NCBI GenBank assembly: GCA_963713045.1 | Contig: CAVQKE010000004.1 | Location: 416,001-480,000, forward strand | DNA: 64,000 nucleotides | Direction of reading: 5' to 3' | Origin: an uncultured delta proteobacterium | GTDB taxonomy: Bacteria > Myxococcota > Myxococcia > Myxococcales > Myxococcaceae | In this document: piece after piece, positions 27,610-37,140 of the stretch | Layout of the letters: the number at the start of each line of letters is the position of its first letter | Position numbering within the stretch: position 1 is the first letter of the stretch | Made by a program: the position numbers and the translations under genes | Notes under the pieces: model-generated | What the model was told of the DNA's origin: nothing | The model's database searches: none | What the model saw: only the letters and a program-made list of their open reading frames with translations

Positions 27610-28436
27610 CGGGGCTCCTCAGGCGCCCAGGCCGAAGCGTTGAGGCGGACATAGTCCAGGACAAAGGCCGGCTCGTCCCGGGCCGCTGCCTCCACCAGCG
27701 CGGCAGTAAAGGCCTGCGCCTGCTCCGCCGAGAGGCGTTCCAGAAAGGGACGCAGGTTGACGCTGCCGATGAAGTCGGCAAAGGCCGCGGCGTCGGCAAA
27801 GGGCGTTGGACGCGGTTCGAGCCAGCTCCGCACGCGGGTCCAGCCGGCGGCGCGAAGCTGGGCCTCCGTTTCCTCGGCAGTGGCCAAGCACCAGGGCGCC
27901 TTCCACTCTCGAAAGGCGTCGGCGTAGGGGCTTGAAGCCGCCAGGGCGCTGGCCCGCGCGTGGAGCCGCTGAAGGTTGCCCGCACCCCCGCATTGAAATT
28001 CAAGCTGCCCTCCGGGACGGATGACGGCACGCAGGGCGCGGTAGGTGGCCGGATGGTCGAGCACCCAGTGCAGCGTCGCCGTGCTGAGGATGGCGTCGAC
28101 TGGCCCCAGTGCGGGAAGAACGGGCAGGCTCGCCTGGAGGAGTTGCACCCGGCTTCCCAAGTCCGAAAGCTGCTGCCCGGCCACCCGCAGCATGTCCGCG
28201 GAGGCGTCCAAGGCGATGATGTGCCCGCGCGGTAGGCGCTCGGCCAGAATGCGGCTGAGTTTGCCCGTGCCGCAGCCGGCGTCGAGGACCGTCTCGTCCC
28301 CCGCCAGTTGAAGGCGCTCCACCACCTCGCGTCCCCAGGCCGTTTGCGGCGCCGAGACACGGTGGTAGGCGGAGGCATTCCAGTCGGGGCAGCTGTCCAC
28401 GGGCAAGTCCTTCCCCCCGTCGTCCGACGGAGGCAA
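27606..28436 (-). CDS. SAM-dependent methyltransferase (trans-aconitate MT-like; start may be GTG 28400)
   Basis: WNASAY, VLDAGCGTG, ATLHWV.DH, LDYVRLN. Confidence 0.85.
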   Translation of the reverse strand: MPPSDDGGKDLPVDSCPDWNASAYHRVSAPQTAWGREVVERLQLAGDETVLDAGCGTGKLSRILAERLPRGHIIALDASADMLRVAGQQLSDLGSRVQLLQASLPVLPALGPVDAILSTATLHWVLDHPATYRALRAVIRPGGQLEFQCGGAGNLQRLHARASALAASSPYADAFREWKAPWCLATAEETEAQLRAAGWTRVRSWLEPRPTPFADAAAFADFIGSVNLRPFLERLSAEQAQAFTAALVEAAARDEPAFVLDYVRLNASAWAPEEPR

Positions 28437-28642
28437 CTCCAGCTACCACGACGGCTTGCCCAGGCGCGACGCCGGGGTGCCCCCAACGGCAGACGGGCTG
28501 TCAGCACCTTCTGCTAGCCAACCACCCCAGCAAGGGTTGGGTGCCGGGGACGCAGAGGCCCCGGAGAAGGGCAGCCACAGACACCCCGGAGGGGGGGACC
28601 CCTTTGGGGAAAACCCGCTTGGGAAAAGGCGAGAGGCAAGGC

Positions 28643-31306
28643 GTGGCAGAGGCTGCAGTGGTTCCCCTGGCGCAAGGGCCGTTGGCCGAACGCAGCGGCG
28701 CGCCAGCGGACACGCCGATGATGCGGCAGTACCTGGAGATGAAGGCGCGGGCCCCGGACGCCTTCCTCTTCTTCCGCCTGGGCGACTTTTACGAAATGTT
28801 TTTTGACGACGCGGTGCGGGCCGCGGAGCTGCTGCAAATTACCCTCACCGCCCGAAGCAAAGGGCCAGAACGCGTGCCGATGTGCGGCGTCCCCTTCCAC
28901 GCCGTTCGGCGACACCTGGCCAAGCTGTTGGAGGCCGGCCACAAGGTGGCCATTTGCGAGCAGGTGGAGACGCCCGGGACGTCGCCCGGCCTGGTCCGCC
29001 GCGACGTCGTGCGCCTGGTGACGCCGGGGATGGTGCTGGACGAGGACGTCCTCGAAGCTTCGACGCCCAACTGGCTCGCGGCAGTGGCGCTGGACAAGGG
29101 GCGCTGGGGGGCGGCGCTGTTGGACGCCTCCACCGGCGACTTCTGCGCCGCAGAAGCAGACCAGCAGAGCGAAGTCCTCGAATGGCTGTCCGCGGCTTCC
29201 CCGCGAGAGGTGCTGGTGTCCGAAGGCGGGCCGGCCGAGGTGCTGGAAGCACTGGGTCGAAGCCTGCCGGCGGTTCCCGTGTCCACCGTGGGCGCAGACG
29301 GCTTTCACCCGGCGCGGGCGGCGGCTTTTCTCCGGGCCCATTTCCAGGTTGCAGCCTTGGATGGGTTTGGGCTGGCAACTGCGCCCGCAGCCACCGCGGC
29401 CGCCGGCGCGGCGCTGCGCTACCTCAAAGAAACGCAGCGCACCGAAGGGGCCCACGTCACCGCGCTGCGACTGCAACCCTTGGCGGCGGTGCTGGTGCTC
29501 GACGCCGTCACCCGGGCCAACCTGGAATTGGTGCGGACGCTGCGGGACGGTGGCCGCAAAGGCTCTCTACTGGGCGTCCTCGACAAGACGGTGACGCCGC
29601 TCGGCGCCAGGAAGTTGGGGGTTTGGCTGTTGGCACCACTGCGCAGCCTTCCGGAGATTGAGCGGCGACTGGACGCCGTGGAGGAGCTGTCGGGAAAGCA
29701 CGTTTGGCGCGAGGTGTGGACCGGACTGTTGCGCCAGGTGCGTGACGTCGAGCGGCTGTGCGGCCGGCTGGCCGTCGGAGTTGGTAACGCGCGCGACCTG
29801 GCCGCCCTCAGCCTGTCCTTGTCGGTGCTTCCCGAGCTTGCTCGGGCCGTTGGCCAATGCGAGGCGTCATTGCTTTCGGCCGTGGCCGCGCCCTTGGGGG
29901 CGCACGCCGAGCTGGCAGGGCTTCTGGCACGCGCGGTCGCCGAGGAGCCTCCCGCCACCCTCGACGAGGGAGGCCTCTTCCGTCCCGGGTATTCGGCCGA
30001 ATTGGATGCGCTCTTGGCACTCAGCACCGACGGCAAAAGCACCCTCGCCCAATTGGAACAGCGCGAGCGCGCGCGCACCGGCATCCAAAGCCTGAAAGTT
30101 CGCTACAACCGTGTCTTCGGCTACTTCCTGGAGGTGACCCGGGCCAACCTCCACCTGGTCCCGGAGGACTGGGAACGGCGGCAAACCATGGTGGGGGCCG
30201 AGCGCTTCGTCACCAGCGAACTCAAGACGTGGGAGGAGCAGGTCCTCACCGCCGAGGAGCGGCGCTGCACTTTGGAGCGGCGTCTCTTCGAGGAACTCCG
30301 AGCGCGCGTTCTGGCGGAGCTTCCGACACTGAAAGCCACCGCTGAGGCCCTTGGCACCCTGGACGCGCTGCTCTCCTTCGCCAAGGCCGCGGCCGAATAT
30401 GGCTACAGCCGCCCGCAGCTGGACACTTCGGGCACCTTGGAGATTGTGGGCGGCCGCCATCCAGTGGTGGAGCGCCTCCTGCGGAGCGAGCCCTTCGTCC
30501 CCAACGACGTGCACCTCGGCTGCGACTCGACCCAGCTGCTGATTCTCACCGGGCCCAACATGGCCGGCAAAAGCACCGTCATGCGCCAGGTGGCGCTCAT
30601 CACAGTGCTGGCGCAGGCCGGTAGCTTCGTCCCGGCGGCGCGGGCGCGCATTGGCCTGGTGGACCGCATTTTCACCCGCGTCGGCGCTTCGGACAACGTC
30701 GCCGGGGGGCAGAGCACCTTCATGGTGGAAATGGCGGAGACGGCCTCCATCCTCCACCACGCCAGCCGCGACAGCCTGGTGGTGCTGGACGAGATTGGCC
30801 GCGGCACCTCCACCTACGACGGGCTGTCCATCGCCTGGGCTGTGGCCGAGCACCTCCACGACCGCATCGGCTGCCGCACCCTGTTCGCAACGCACTACCA
30901 CGAGTTGACGGACCTCACCCTGGAGAAGCCCCGGGTGAGGAACGCCTCGATGGGCGTGCAGGAAATGGCGGGCCGGGTGGTGTTTCTGCGGACGCTGGTC
31001 GACGGGGGCTCAAGCCGCTCCTACGGCATTGAGGTGGCGCGGCTGGCCGGGCTGCCAGCCCCGGTGGTGCGCCGGGCACGCGAGGTGCTGGGCAACCTGG
31101 AGGCGGGCGAGCTGGACGCCGCTGGACACCCCCGCGCCGCGCACCGGGGCGCTCCCGCCCAGGAACAGCTGGCCCTCGGGCTGCCGCCGGCCGGTTCCGC
31201 CGCATCCCAAGTGCTGGCGGCCCTGGCGGCGCTTCGCCTTGAGGCGCTGACTCCGTTGCAGGCCCTCAACCTGTTGGCCGAGCTGCAGGCCCAAGCGAAG
31301 CAGTAA
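28643..31306 (+). CDS. mutS: DNA mismatch repair protein MutS
   Basis: TPMMRQY, GDFYEMF, TGPNMAGKST, STFMVEM, DEIGRGTST, FATHYHE; start uncertain (GTG 28643). Confidence 0.97.
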   Translation: MAEAAVVPLAQGPLAERSGAPADTPMMRQYLEMKARAPDAFLFFRLGDFYEMFFDDAVRAAELLQITLTARSKGPERVPMCGVPFHAVRRHLAKLLEAGHKVAICEQVETPGTSPGLVRRDVVRLVTPGMVLDEDVLEASTPNWLAAVALDKGRWGAALLDASTGDFCAAEADQQSEVLEWLSAASPREVLVSEGGPAEVLEALGRSLPAVPVSTVGADGFHPARAAAFLRAHFQVAALDGFGLATAPAATAAAGAALRYLKETQRTEGAHVTALRLQPLAAVLVLDAVTRANLELVRTLRDGGRKGSLLGVLDKTVTPLGARKLGVWLLAPLRSLPEIERRLDAVEELSGKHVWREVWTGLLRQVRDVERLCGRLAVGVGNARDLAALSLSLSVLPELARAVGQCEASLLSAVAAPLGAHAELAGLLARAVAEEPPATLDEGGLFRPGYSAELDALLALSTDGKSTLAQLEQRERARTGIQSLKVRYNRVFGYFLEVTRANLHLVPEDWERRQTMVGAERFVTSELKTWEEQVLTAEERRCTLERRLFEELRARVLAELPTLKATAEALGTLDALLSFAKAAAEYGYSRPQLDTSGTLEIVGGRHPVVERLLRSEPFVPNDVHLGCDSTQLLILTGPNMAGKSTVMRQVALITVLAQAGSFVPAARARIGLVDRIFTRVGASDNVAGGQSTFMVEMAETASILHHASRDSLVVLDEIGRGTSTYDGLSIAWAVAEHLHDRIGCRTLFATHYHELTDLTLEKPRVRNASMGVQEMAGRVVFLRTLVDGGSSRSYGIEVARLAGLPAPVVRRAREVLGNLEAGELDAAGHPRAAHRGAPAQEQLALGLPPAGSAASQVLAALAALRLEALTPLQALNLLAELQAQAKQ

Positions 31307-31347
31307 CGACGGCTGAAAAATTGCCGCGCCCCGGTGCGGGTGGTGAC

Positions 31348-32816
31348 ATGCCTGTGGCTCCTGCCCCCACCGTGTCGCGCCCCTTCGCCCTCGCCTTGGC
31401 CGTCCTCCTCGCGCTACCCGTCCAAGCGGCGGGTACGACTGCGGACGCGTCCGAAGTGGCCTACCAGCAGGCCCGGCATTTTTACTACGTCCTGAAGGGG
31501 GACGCCGGGCGGCGCCGCTACCGCGACAGCTGGCTAGGGGTGGCCCACAAATTCGAAGCGGTGGCGCAGAAGTACCCAACCAGTGCGCGCGCCCCAGACG
31601 CCCTCTTCACCGCGGCTGGGCTGTTGGCAGAGTTGAGCCGCATCAGCCAGGTGGCGGAGGACTTGAATGGGGCGGCCGAGGACTACCGCAAGCTGCTCGA
31701 GCACCACCCGAAAAACCGCCTCGCCGACGACTCGGCCCTGGCGTTGGCGCGGCTGCAGCTGGAGCGCCTCGGTCAACCGGACGCGGCCCGCGCCACACTG
31801 CAGCACGCCCTTGAGGCGCTACCCAAGGGCGACCAATACGCCAACCTCAAGGCGCTCCTCGCCTCTCTGCCAGCGGAGAGTCCCAAAAAGGCCGCGGCAC
31901 CGGTGGTGCGCCGACCGGCGCCCAAGGCGGTGCGAGACTTCCCCGCGTTAAGCAAACCGGCTCCGGCCGGACCGCCACCGGCGGCCGAGGCCGAGGCCCC
32001 GGCCGCCGCGGAGGCGGTGGCGGAAGTTGCCCCGCCCACCAACGTGCCGTCGGTGCGAGAGCGGATGAAGTCCGTCGGTCGCCAGACGGGGGGCGAGGTG
32101 ACGCTGGCCGAGCAGCTGGGCCTCAAAGTCCGCCGGGTGGTGATTGACGCCGGCCATGGCGGGCATGACACCGGCACCGTTGGCGCGGGCGGCACCCAAG
32201 AAAAGACGGTGGCTTTGGCCATCGCCCTGCGCCTCGGCCAGGTGCTGACCGACGAGGGCTTGGAAGTGGTGTTTACCCGCGAGGACGACCACTTCGTCCG
32301 GCTGGAGGACCGAGCGCGCTTGGCCAATGAGGCCAAGGGGGACCTCTTCATCTCCGTGCACTGCAACTCCGGGCGCAGGCCAGTTGGCGTGGCGTGGAGA
32401 CGTACACCCTCAACCTCACCGCCGACCGCTACGCCATCCGTCTGGCCGCCCGGGAGAATGCCGCCTCGGCCAAGACGATGTCCGACCTCCAATTCCTGCT
32501 GGCGGACTTGGCCACCCGTGCCCACACCGATGAGTCGGCGCGGCTGGCCGAACGCATCCAGCACAGCCTGGTGTCGCGGATGTCCGCCAAATACCCCAAG
32601 GTGAAGGACCGCGGCCGAAAGGAAGCCCTCTTCTACGTGCTGCTGGGCGCGAAGATGCCGGCCATTCTGGTTGAGACTGGTTTCCTCTCCAACCCTGAGG
32701 ATGAAAAGCGTCTGGCCACTCAGGGCTACCAGGATGAGGTGGCGCGTGCCATCGCGGCCGGAGTGCAGGACTTCCTCGGGTACCGCGAGCGGCTGGCCAA
32801 GGTGGAAGCTCCCTAG
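31348..32816 (+). pseudogene. TPR-like + N-acetylmuramoyl-L-alanine amidase (Amidase_3), frameshifted at about 32371-32381
   Basis: First frame gives VIDAGHGGHD..EK..DLFISVHCNS; another frame continues WRGVETYTLN..FYVLLGAKMPAILVETGFLSN; a 1-nt deletion separates them. Confidence 0.85.
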
Positions 32817-32886
32817 AGAGGCCTGCGCCGGGGAGCCGGTTAAACTCCCCAACGCCGGTTCCCCGAGGTGGGCCCCGGCTTCGCCT

Positions 32887-35595
32887 GTGACTTCCTTCGA
32901 GATTCCCCGTCTGTCGCCGCCACCGGCGCCTGCCCCCAGCCACCGGGAAACGCGGGCGCAGCTACCCCGGCTGGGCCCTGGGGACGCGGCCTCCCGTCCG
33001 GCGCGGGCCCGGGCCCAGCGTGAGGCCGCCTTCGAGGCGGTGCGCGACTTCCACCGGGCCGGCGGCGCGGGCCTTTCCACCGCTCGGCTGTTGGCGGCCT
33101 CGGCCGACGCCCTGGTCGAGGGCCTGTGGGCAGAACTCGAGGCCGAACGACCTCTCGGCGGCTCGGCGCTGGTGGCCCTCGGCGGCTATGGCCGACGCGA
33201 ACTCAGCCCGGGCTCGGACTTGGACCTCTTGCTGGTGCACCCCAAGCGCCGCAGCGCGGGAGTGGCCGAGCGGGCCCGCGCCCTTTCCACGTTGCTGTGG
33301 GACGCGCGGGTGACGGTCGGCTGGAGCGTGCGGACGCCCGAGGAGACGCTGGCCGGGGCGGCGGAGGACTTGACGCTTCGCACCGCGCTGTTGGACGCCC
33401 GGGTGCTGGCCAGCCGGGACGGCATGGGGGAGCGCTTCGTGCGCGAGGTGCAGCTGCCGCAGCGCAGCCGGAAGGCCGACGTCTTCATCGCCGCCAAGGT
33501 GGTCGAGCTGAGGGAGCGGCGGGAGAAATTTGGAGATTCGGTGTTCCTCCTCGAGCCGCAGCTGAAGTCCGGCGAGGGAGGCCTACGGGACTTGGAGACG
33601 GCCCTGTGGGTGGCCCAAGTCCGCTTTGGCGTGCGCGGCCTCGGCGGCTTGCTGGAGGCGGCCATTCTGCCGGCCTCCGAAGTGGCACGGCTGCGGGCGG
33701 CACGGGACTTTCTGCTGCGGACGCGCCACGAGGTGCACTTCCTGCGGGGCCGCAAGGAGGACCGCCTCACCTTCGACCTCCAGGAGTCCGTGGCGCGTTT
33801 CTTCCGCTACGGCCAGGGCGACGGGCTGCCGGTCGAGCAATTCATGCGGGACTATTACCTCTCGGCCGGCATTCTCCGGCGTGCCGCCGATGCCCTCATC
33901 GCGCGGGCCGAAGAGCAGCACGCCCCAAGCCGCGGCCCCTTCCGCGCGGTGCGCCAGGAGGGCCCGTTCAAGGTGTTTCGCGGTCGCCTCACCGTGGACG
34001 GCGACGCCGAACTCTTCCAACGCGAGCCGGCGGAGGTGGTGCGCCTTTTTCACGCCGCCGATGAGTTGGGGCTACCGGTCTATTCCTGGGCCCTCGACCA
34101 GGCGGTGCAGGCGGCGCCGTCGCTGGCCGAGGCCCGGGCCAGCCAGCCGGTGGTGGAGGCGCTGAGGGCGCTGTTGTCGCGGCCGGGGACGCGCGGGGAG
34201 GCGCTGGAGGCGATGCACGCCTTGGGCCTCCTCGGCGTGCTGGTGCCGGAGTTTGGTCGCATCACCGCTCGGCACCAGTTTGACCTGTACCACGCCTACA
34301 CCGTGGACGTGCACACGCTGAGGGCCCTGCGCCGTCTGTACGCACTTCGCGCCGGAGACTTCGTGGAGATGGAGCCCGAGCGGACCCGCGCCATTCGGGA
34401 CTTGGCGGACGTCTTGCCGCTGGTGCTGGGGATGTTGCTGCACGACGCCGGCAAGGGGATGGGCGGCGACCACTCCGAGCGCGGACGGGAGTTGATGGCC
34501 GCGCTCGGCGCCCGGATGGGCCTCTCGCCTCGTCAGCAGGAGGTGGCCGAGTTTCTGGTGCTGCACCACCTCACCCTCAGCCACCTCGCCCAGCGCCGCG
34601 ACCTCTCCGACCCCCAACTGCTGGCGGACTTCGCCCGCCTCTGTGGCGACTCGGAGAAGCTGGTCTGCTTGGACCTGCTCACCTGGGCCGACATCTCCTC
34701 GGTGGCACCGGGCATGTGGACCGACTGGCGCGCCCGGCTGGTCCATGAATTGACCAGCAAGACACACGCGCTCCTCGATGGCCGGGGGTGGCACGGCGAG
34801 CGCGAGGCCCGCGAGGTGTTTCGGACGTTGTGGACGCGACGCTTTGGCGCCGCGGAGGCCGAACGGCTGCTCGCGGCTTCGGCTGACCGCTACCTCGGCT
34901 CGACGCCGCCGGGCGCTGCGGTGTTGCATGGGCTGTTGCTGCGCCGGGCCCGACGCAGCGGCTTCGCCGCTGCGCTGCGCCGGCTACCGCAGCCCCACCA
35001 CGCCGAACTGCACCTGGCGGCCAAGGACCGCCCGGGGTTGCTCGCCCTGTGGAGCGGGGTCCTCGCCGCCCATGGCATCGACATTCTCAGCGCCCGCATT
35101 GCGTCCACGGCGGATGGAGCGGTCCTGGACGTCTTTGAAGTCCGCAGCGCGGCGCGCAGGCCGTTGGAGCGCGCCCGCTGGCGTCGAGCGCGCTCGGACC
35201 TCCGCGCCGTCCTCGACGGCCGGCTGGACGTGGAAGCCCTGCTGGAGCGCCGCCGTCGGGCCTCGACCCTGCCCCGAAGGTTGCCCGCGGTGGCCACCCG
35301 GGTCAGCGTCGACAACGGCGCTTCGAGGGACTTCACGGTGGTGGACGTCCGGGCCGAGGACCGCCTCGGGCTGCTGCACGAGGTGGCCACCTGCTTCGCC
35401 GACGCCGGGCTGGAGATTGCGCTGGCCAAGGTGGCGACGGAGGCCAACCGTGCCATCGACTCCTTCTACGTGGCGCAAAGGGGGGGGAAGGTGGAGTCCC
35501 CGGCGACGCTGGAGGCCCTCCGGGAGAGGCTGGAGGCCGTCTTGGCTGCGCCCAACCCCCTGGGGCAGCCGGCTGAGGCGCGCGGGGCGGAATGA
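32887..35595 (+). CDS. glnD: [Protein-PII] uridylyltransferase
   Basis: ALGGYGRRELSPGSDLDLL, EPQLKSGEGGLRD, YHAYTVDVH, LLHDAGKG..DHS, two ACT domains (DRPGLL, DRLGLL). Confidence 0.93.
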   Translation: MTSFEIPRLSPPPAPAPSHRETRAQLPRLGPGDAASRPARARAQREAAFEAVRDFHRAGGAGLSTARLLAASADALVEGLWAELEAERPLGGSALVALGGYGRRELSPGSDLDLLLVHPKRRSAGVAERARALSTLLWDARVTVGWSVRTPEETLAGAAEDLTLRTALLDARVLASRDGMGERFVREVQLPQRSRKADVFIAAKVVELRERREKFGDSVFLLEPQLKSGEGGLRDLETALWVAQVRFGVRGLGGLLEAAILPASEVARLRAARDFLLRTRHEVHFLRGRKEDRLTFDLQESVARFFRYGQGDGLPVEQFMRDYYLSAGILRRAADALIARAEEQHAPSRGPFRAVRQEGPFKVFRGRLTVDGDAELFQREPAEVVRLFHAADELGLPVYSWALDQAVQAAPSLAEARASQPVVEALRALLSRPGTRGEALEAMHALGLLGVLVPEFGRITARHQFDLYHAYTVDVHTLRALRRLYALRAGDFVEMEPERTRAIRDLADVLPLVLGMLLHDAGKGMGGDHSERGRELMAALGARMGLSPRQQEVAEFLVLHHLTLSHLAQRRDLSDPQLLADFARLCGDSEKLVCLDLLTWADISSVAPGMWTDWRARLVHELTSKTHALLDGRGWHGEREAREVFRTLWTRRFGAAEAERLLAASADRYLGSTPPGAAVLHGLLLRRARRSGFAAALRRLPQPHHAELHLAAKDRPGLLALWSGVLAAHGIDILSARIASTADGAVLDVFEVRSAARRPLERARWRRARSDLRAVLDGRLDVEALLERRRRASTLPRRLPAVATRVSVDNGASRDFTVVDVRAEDRLGLLHEVATCFADAGLEIALAKVATEANRAIDSFYVAQRGGKVESPATLEALRERLEAVLAAPNPLGQPAEARGAE

Positions 35596-35787
35596 AACGC
35601 GCGCGCCCGGGGTTGCCTCCCCGAGCGTCAGGCTCCCCGAGACGGCGAACGCCCCCTTGCACACTAACCTCTCGTGAAGTCGAGGGTTTGAGTGCCCGGT
35701 GGTTGAGCCGTCTGACGACCAGGTCCCGGGTGTGGGGCAGGGCTGTAGAGGGCGGGCGAGGCCAGGCCGAGACAGGAGTGACATGTG

Positions 35788-36186
35788 ATGTCGGCGAAGG
35801 ACAACAAAGGGCAGATGAGCGTGGCCGAGGCTGGCCGGAAGGGTGGCGAAGCGGTGCGCAACGAGCGCGGTCGTGAGTTTTACGAAGCCATTGGCCGCAA
35901 GGGCGGCGCCACGGTGAAAGCCGAACGCGGACGCGCCTTCTATGAGGAGATTGGCCGCAAGGGCGGCGAAACCGTCAAAGCCGAGCGCGGCGTGAAGTTT
36001 TACGAGGAGATTGGGAAGAAGGGCGGTGACCGGGTGAAGGCCACCCGAGGCTCGAGCTTCTACGAGGAGATTGGCCGCAAGGGCGGTCAGAAAGTGAAGC
36101 AGCTCATCGAGGAGGGTAAGCGCGCCGCCCGGGCTGCCGCCGAGGCCCAGAACGCAGTGCCCGTGCCCCAGGCCTCCAAGGCCTAG
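35788..36186 (+). CDS. GsiB-like KGG-repeat general stress protein
   Basis: MSVAEAGRKGG plus 20-aa repeats GRKGG.TVKAERG..FYEEI; AGGAG RBS 35774-35778. Confidence 0.88.
   Translation: MSAKDNKGQMSVAEAGRKGGEAVRNERGREFYEAIGRKGGATVKAERGRAFYEEIGRKGGETVKAERGVKFYEEIGKKGGDRVKATRGSSFYEEIGRKGGQKVKQLIEEGKRAARAAAEAQNAVPVPQASKA
35833..36099 (+). repeat. 60-nt tandem coding repeat (4.5 copies)
   Basis: G(R/K)KGG codons start at 35833, 35893, 35953, 36013 and 36073. Confidence 0.9.
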
Positions 36187-36436
36187 GCTACCGGACGCCC
36201 TAGCAGAGGGACCCGGGCGGCCCGCACCGGCGGTGTCCGGCGAGCCCCTCTGTGCGCAAAGCGCCCTTGCGGACCCAACAGCACGCCGGCCAGGGACGCC
36301 GGACCGCAGGCGGTCCCGGGTCCCCTGGCGGGCTGTGGGGCGACGCCCGTGGGCCCAAGCACCCGAGCCCCAGCGTCCCCCAGAGGGGCTGGCCGTTTGG
36401 CGGCATTGGAGTCCTCGGGCTAGGACAGCGGGGCCT

Positions 36437-37051
36437 GTGGCCGCTCCGCTCGTTCCGATTGATGCCGAGCACCCGCAGCCGCGGACCATCGAGCGCGCCA
36501 GCCAGCTGCTGGTCGAGGGGGACCTCATCGCTTACCCCACCGACAGCTGCTACGCGCTCGGCTGCGACGCGCGGTCCAAGCGCGCGGTGGAGCGCCTCTA
36601 CACCTTGAAGGGACGCGACCACCGCAAGCCCTTCGCCCTCCTCGTGCCGGACTTAAGCGACGTCGCGCGCTACGCCATCGTCAGCAACTTCGCCTACCGC
36701 GTGCTGCGTCAGCACACCCCGGGCGCCGTCACCTTCGTCCTTCCGGCGACCCGTCTGGTGCCGGAGTTGCTCCTGAATAAGCAGAAACAGGTGGGCATCC
36801 GCGTTTCCGCAGCGCCGGTGGCCAACGCCCTGGCGCACGCGCTGCCGGGGCCACTGGTGACCACCACCGCCACGTCGGAAACCGGCGAGCCCTTGGCTGA
36901 CCCGCGGGAAATTAAGGAGCGCTACGGCCACGCCCTGGCCCTGGTGCTGGACGCCGGCCTTCAGCAGGGACACCCCTCGACGGTGGTGTCGCTGTTGGGG
37001 GACCAGGTGGAGATTCTTCGTCAGGGCGGAGCCTCCTTTCCGCTTCATTGA
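36437..37051 (+). CDS. Sua5/YciO/YrdC (TsaC-like) family protein
   Basis: IAYPTDSCYALGC, KGR..KP, PGAVTFVL, VGIRV, PSTVV. Confidence 0.88.
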   Translation: MAAPLVPIDAEHPQPRTIERASQLLVEGDLIAYPTDSCYALGCDARSKRAVERLYTLKGRDHRKPFALLVPDLSDVARYAIVSNFAYRVLRQHTPGAVTFVLPATRLVPELLLNKQKQVGIRVSAAPVANALAHALPGPLVTTTATSETGEPLADPREIKERYGHALALVLDAGLQQGHPSTVVSLLGDQVEILRQGGASFPLH

Positions 37052-37140
37052 ATGGAGCCTAGCGTCTCTCTGCCGCCGCCCCCCCAGGGGGGAAGTTGCA
37101 GTGGAGGGGGGCGGGGGTAGGGTGCCCAGTTGGGCGCCCC

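Noticed and set aside
31163..31183. C-terminal QLALGL motif in MutS
   Set aside because: This is the known MutS beta-clamp-binding-type motif and is not novel.
35833..36099. 60-nt periodic repeat as a possible CRISPR array
   Set aside because: It is an in-frame coding repeat with synonymous variation, no unique spacers and no cas genes.
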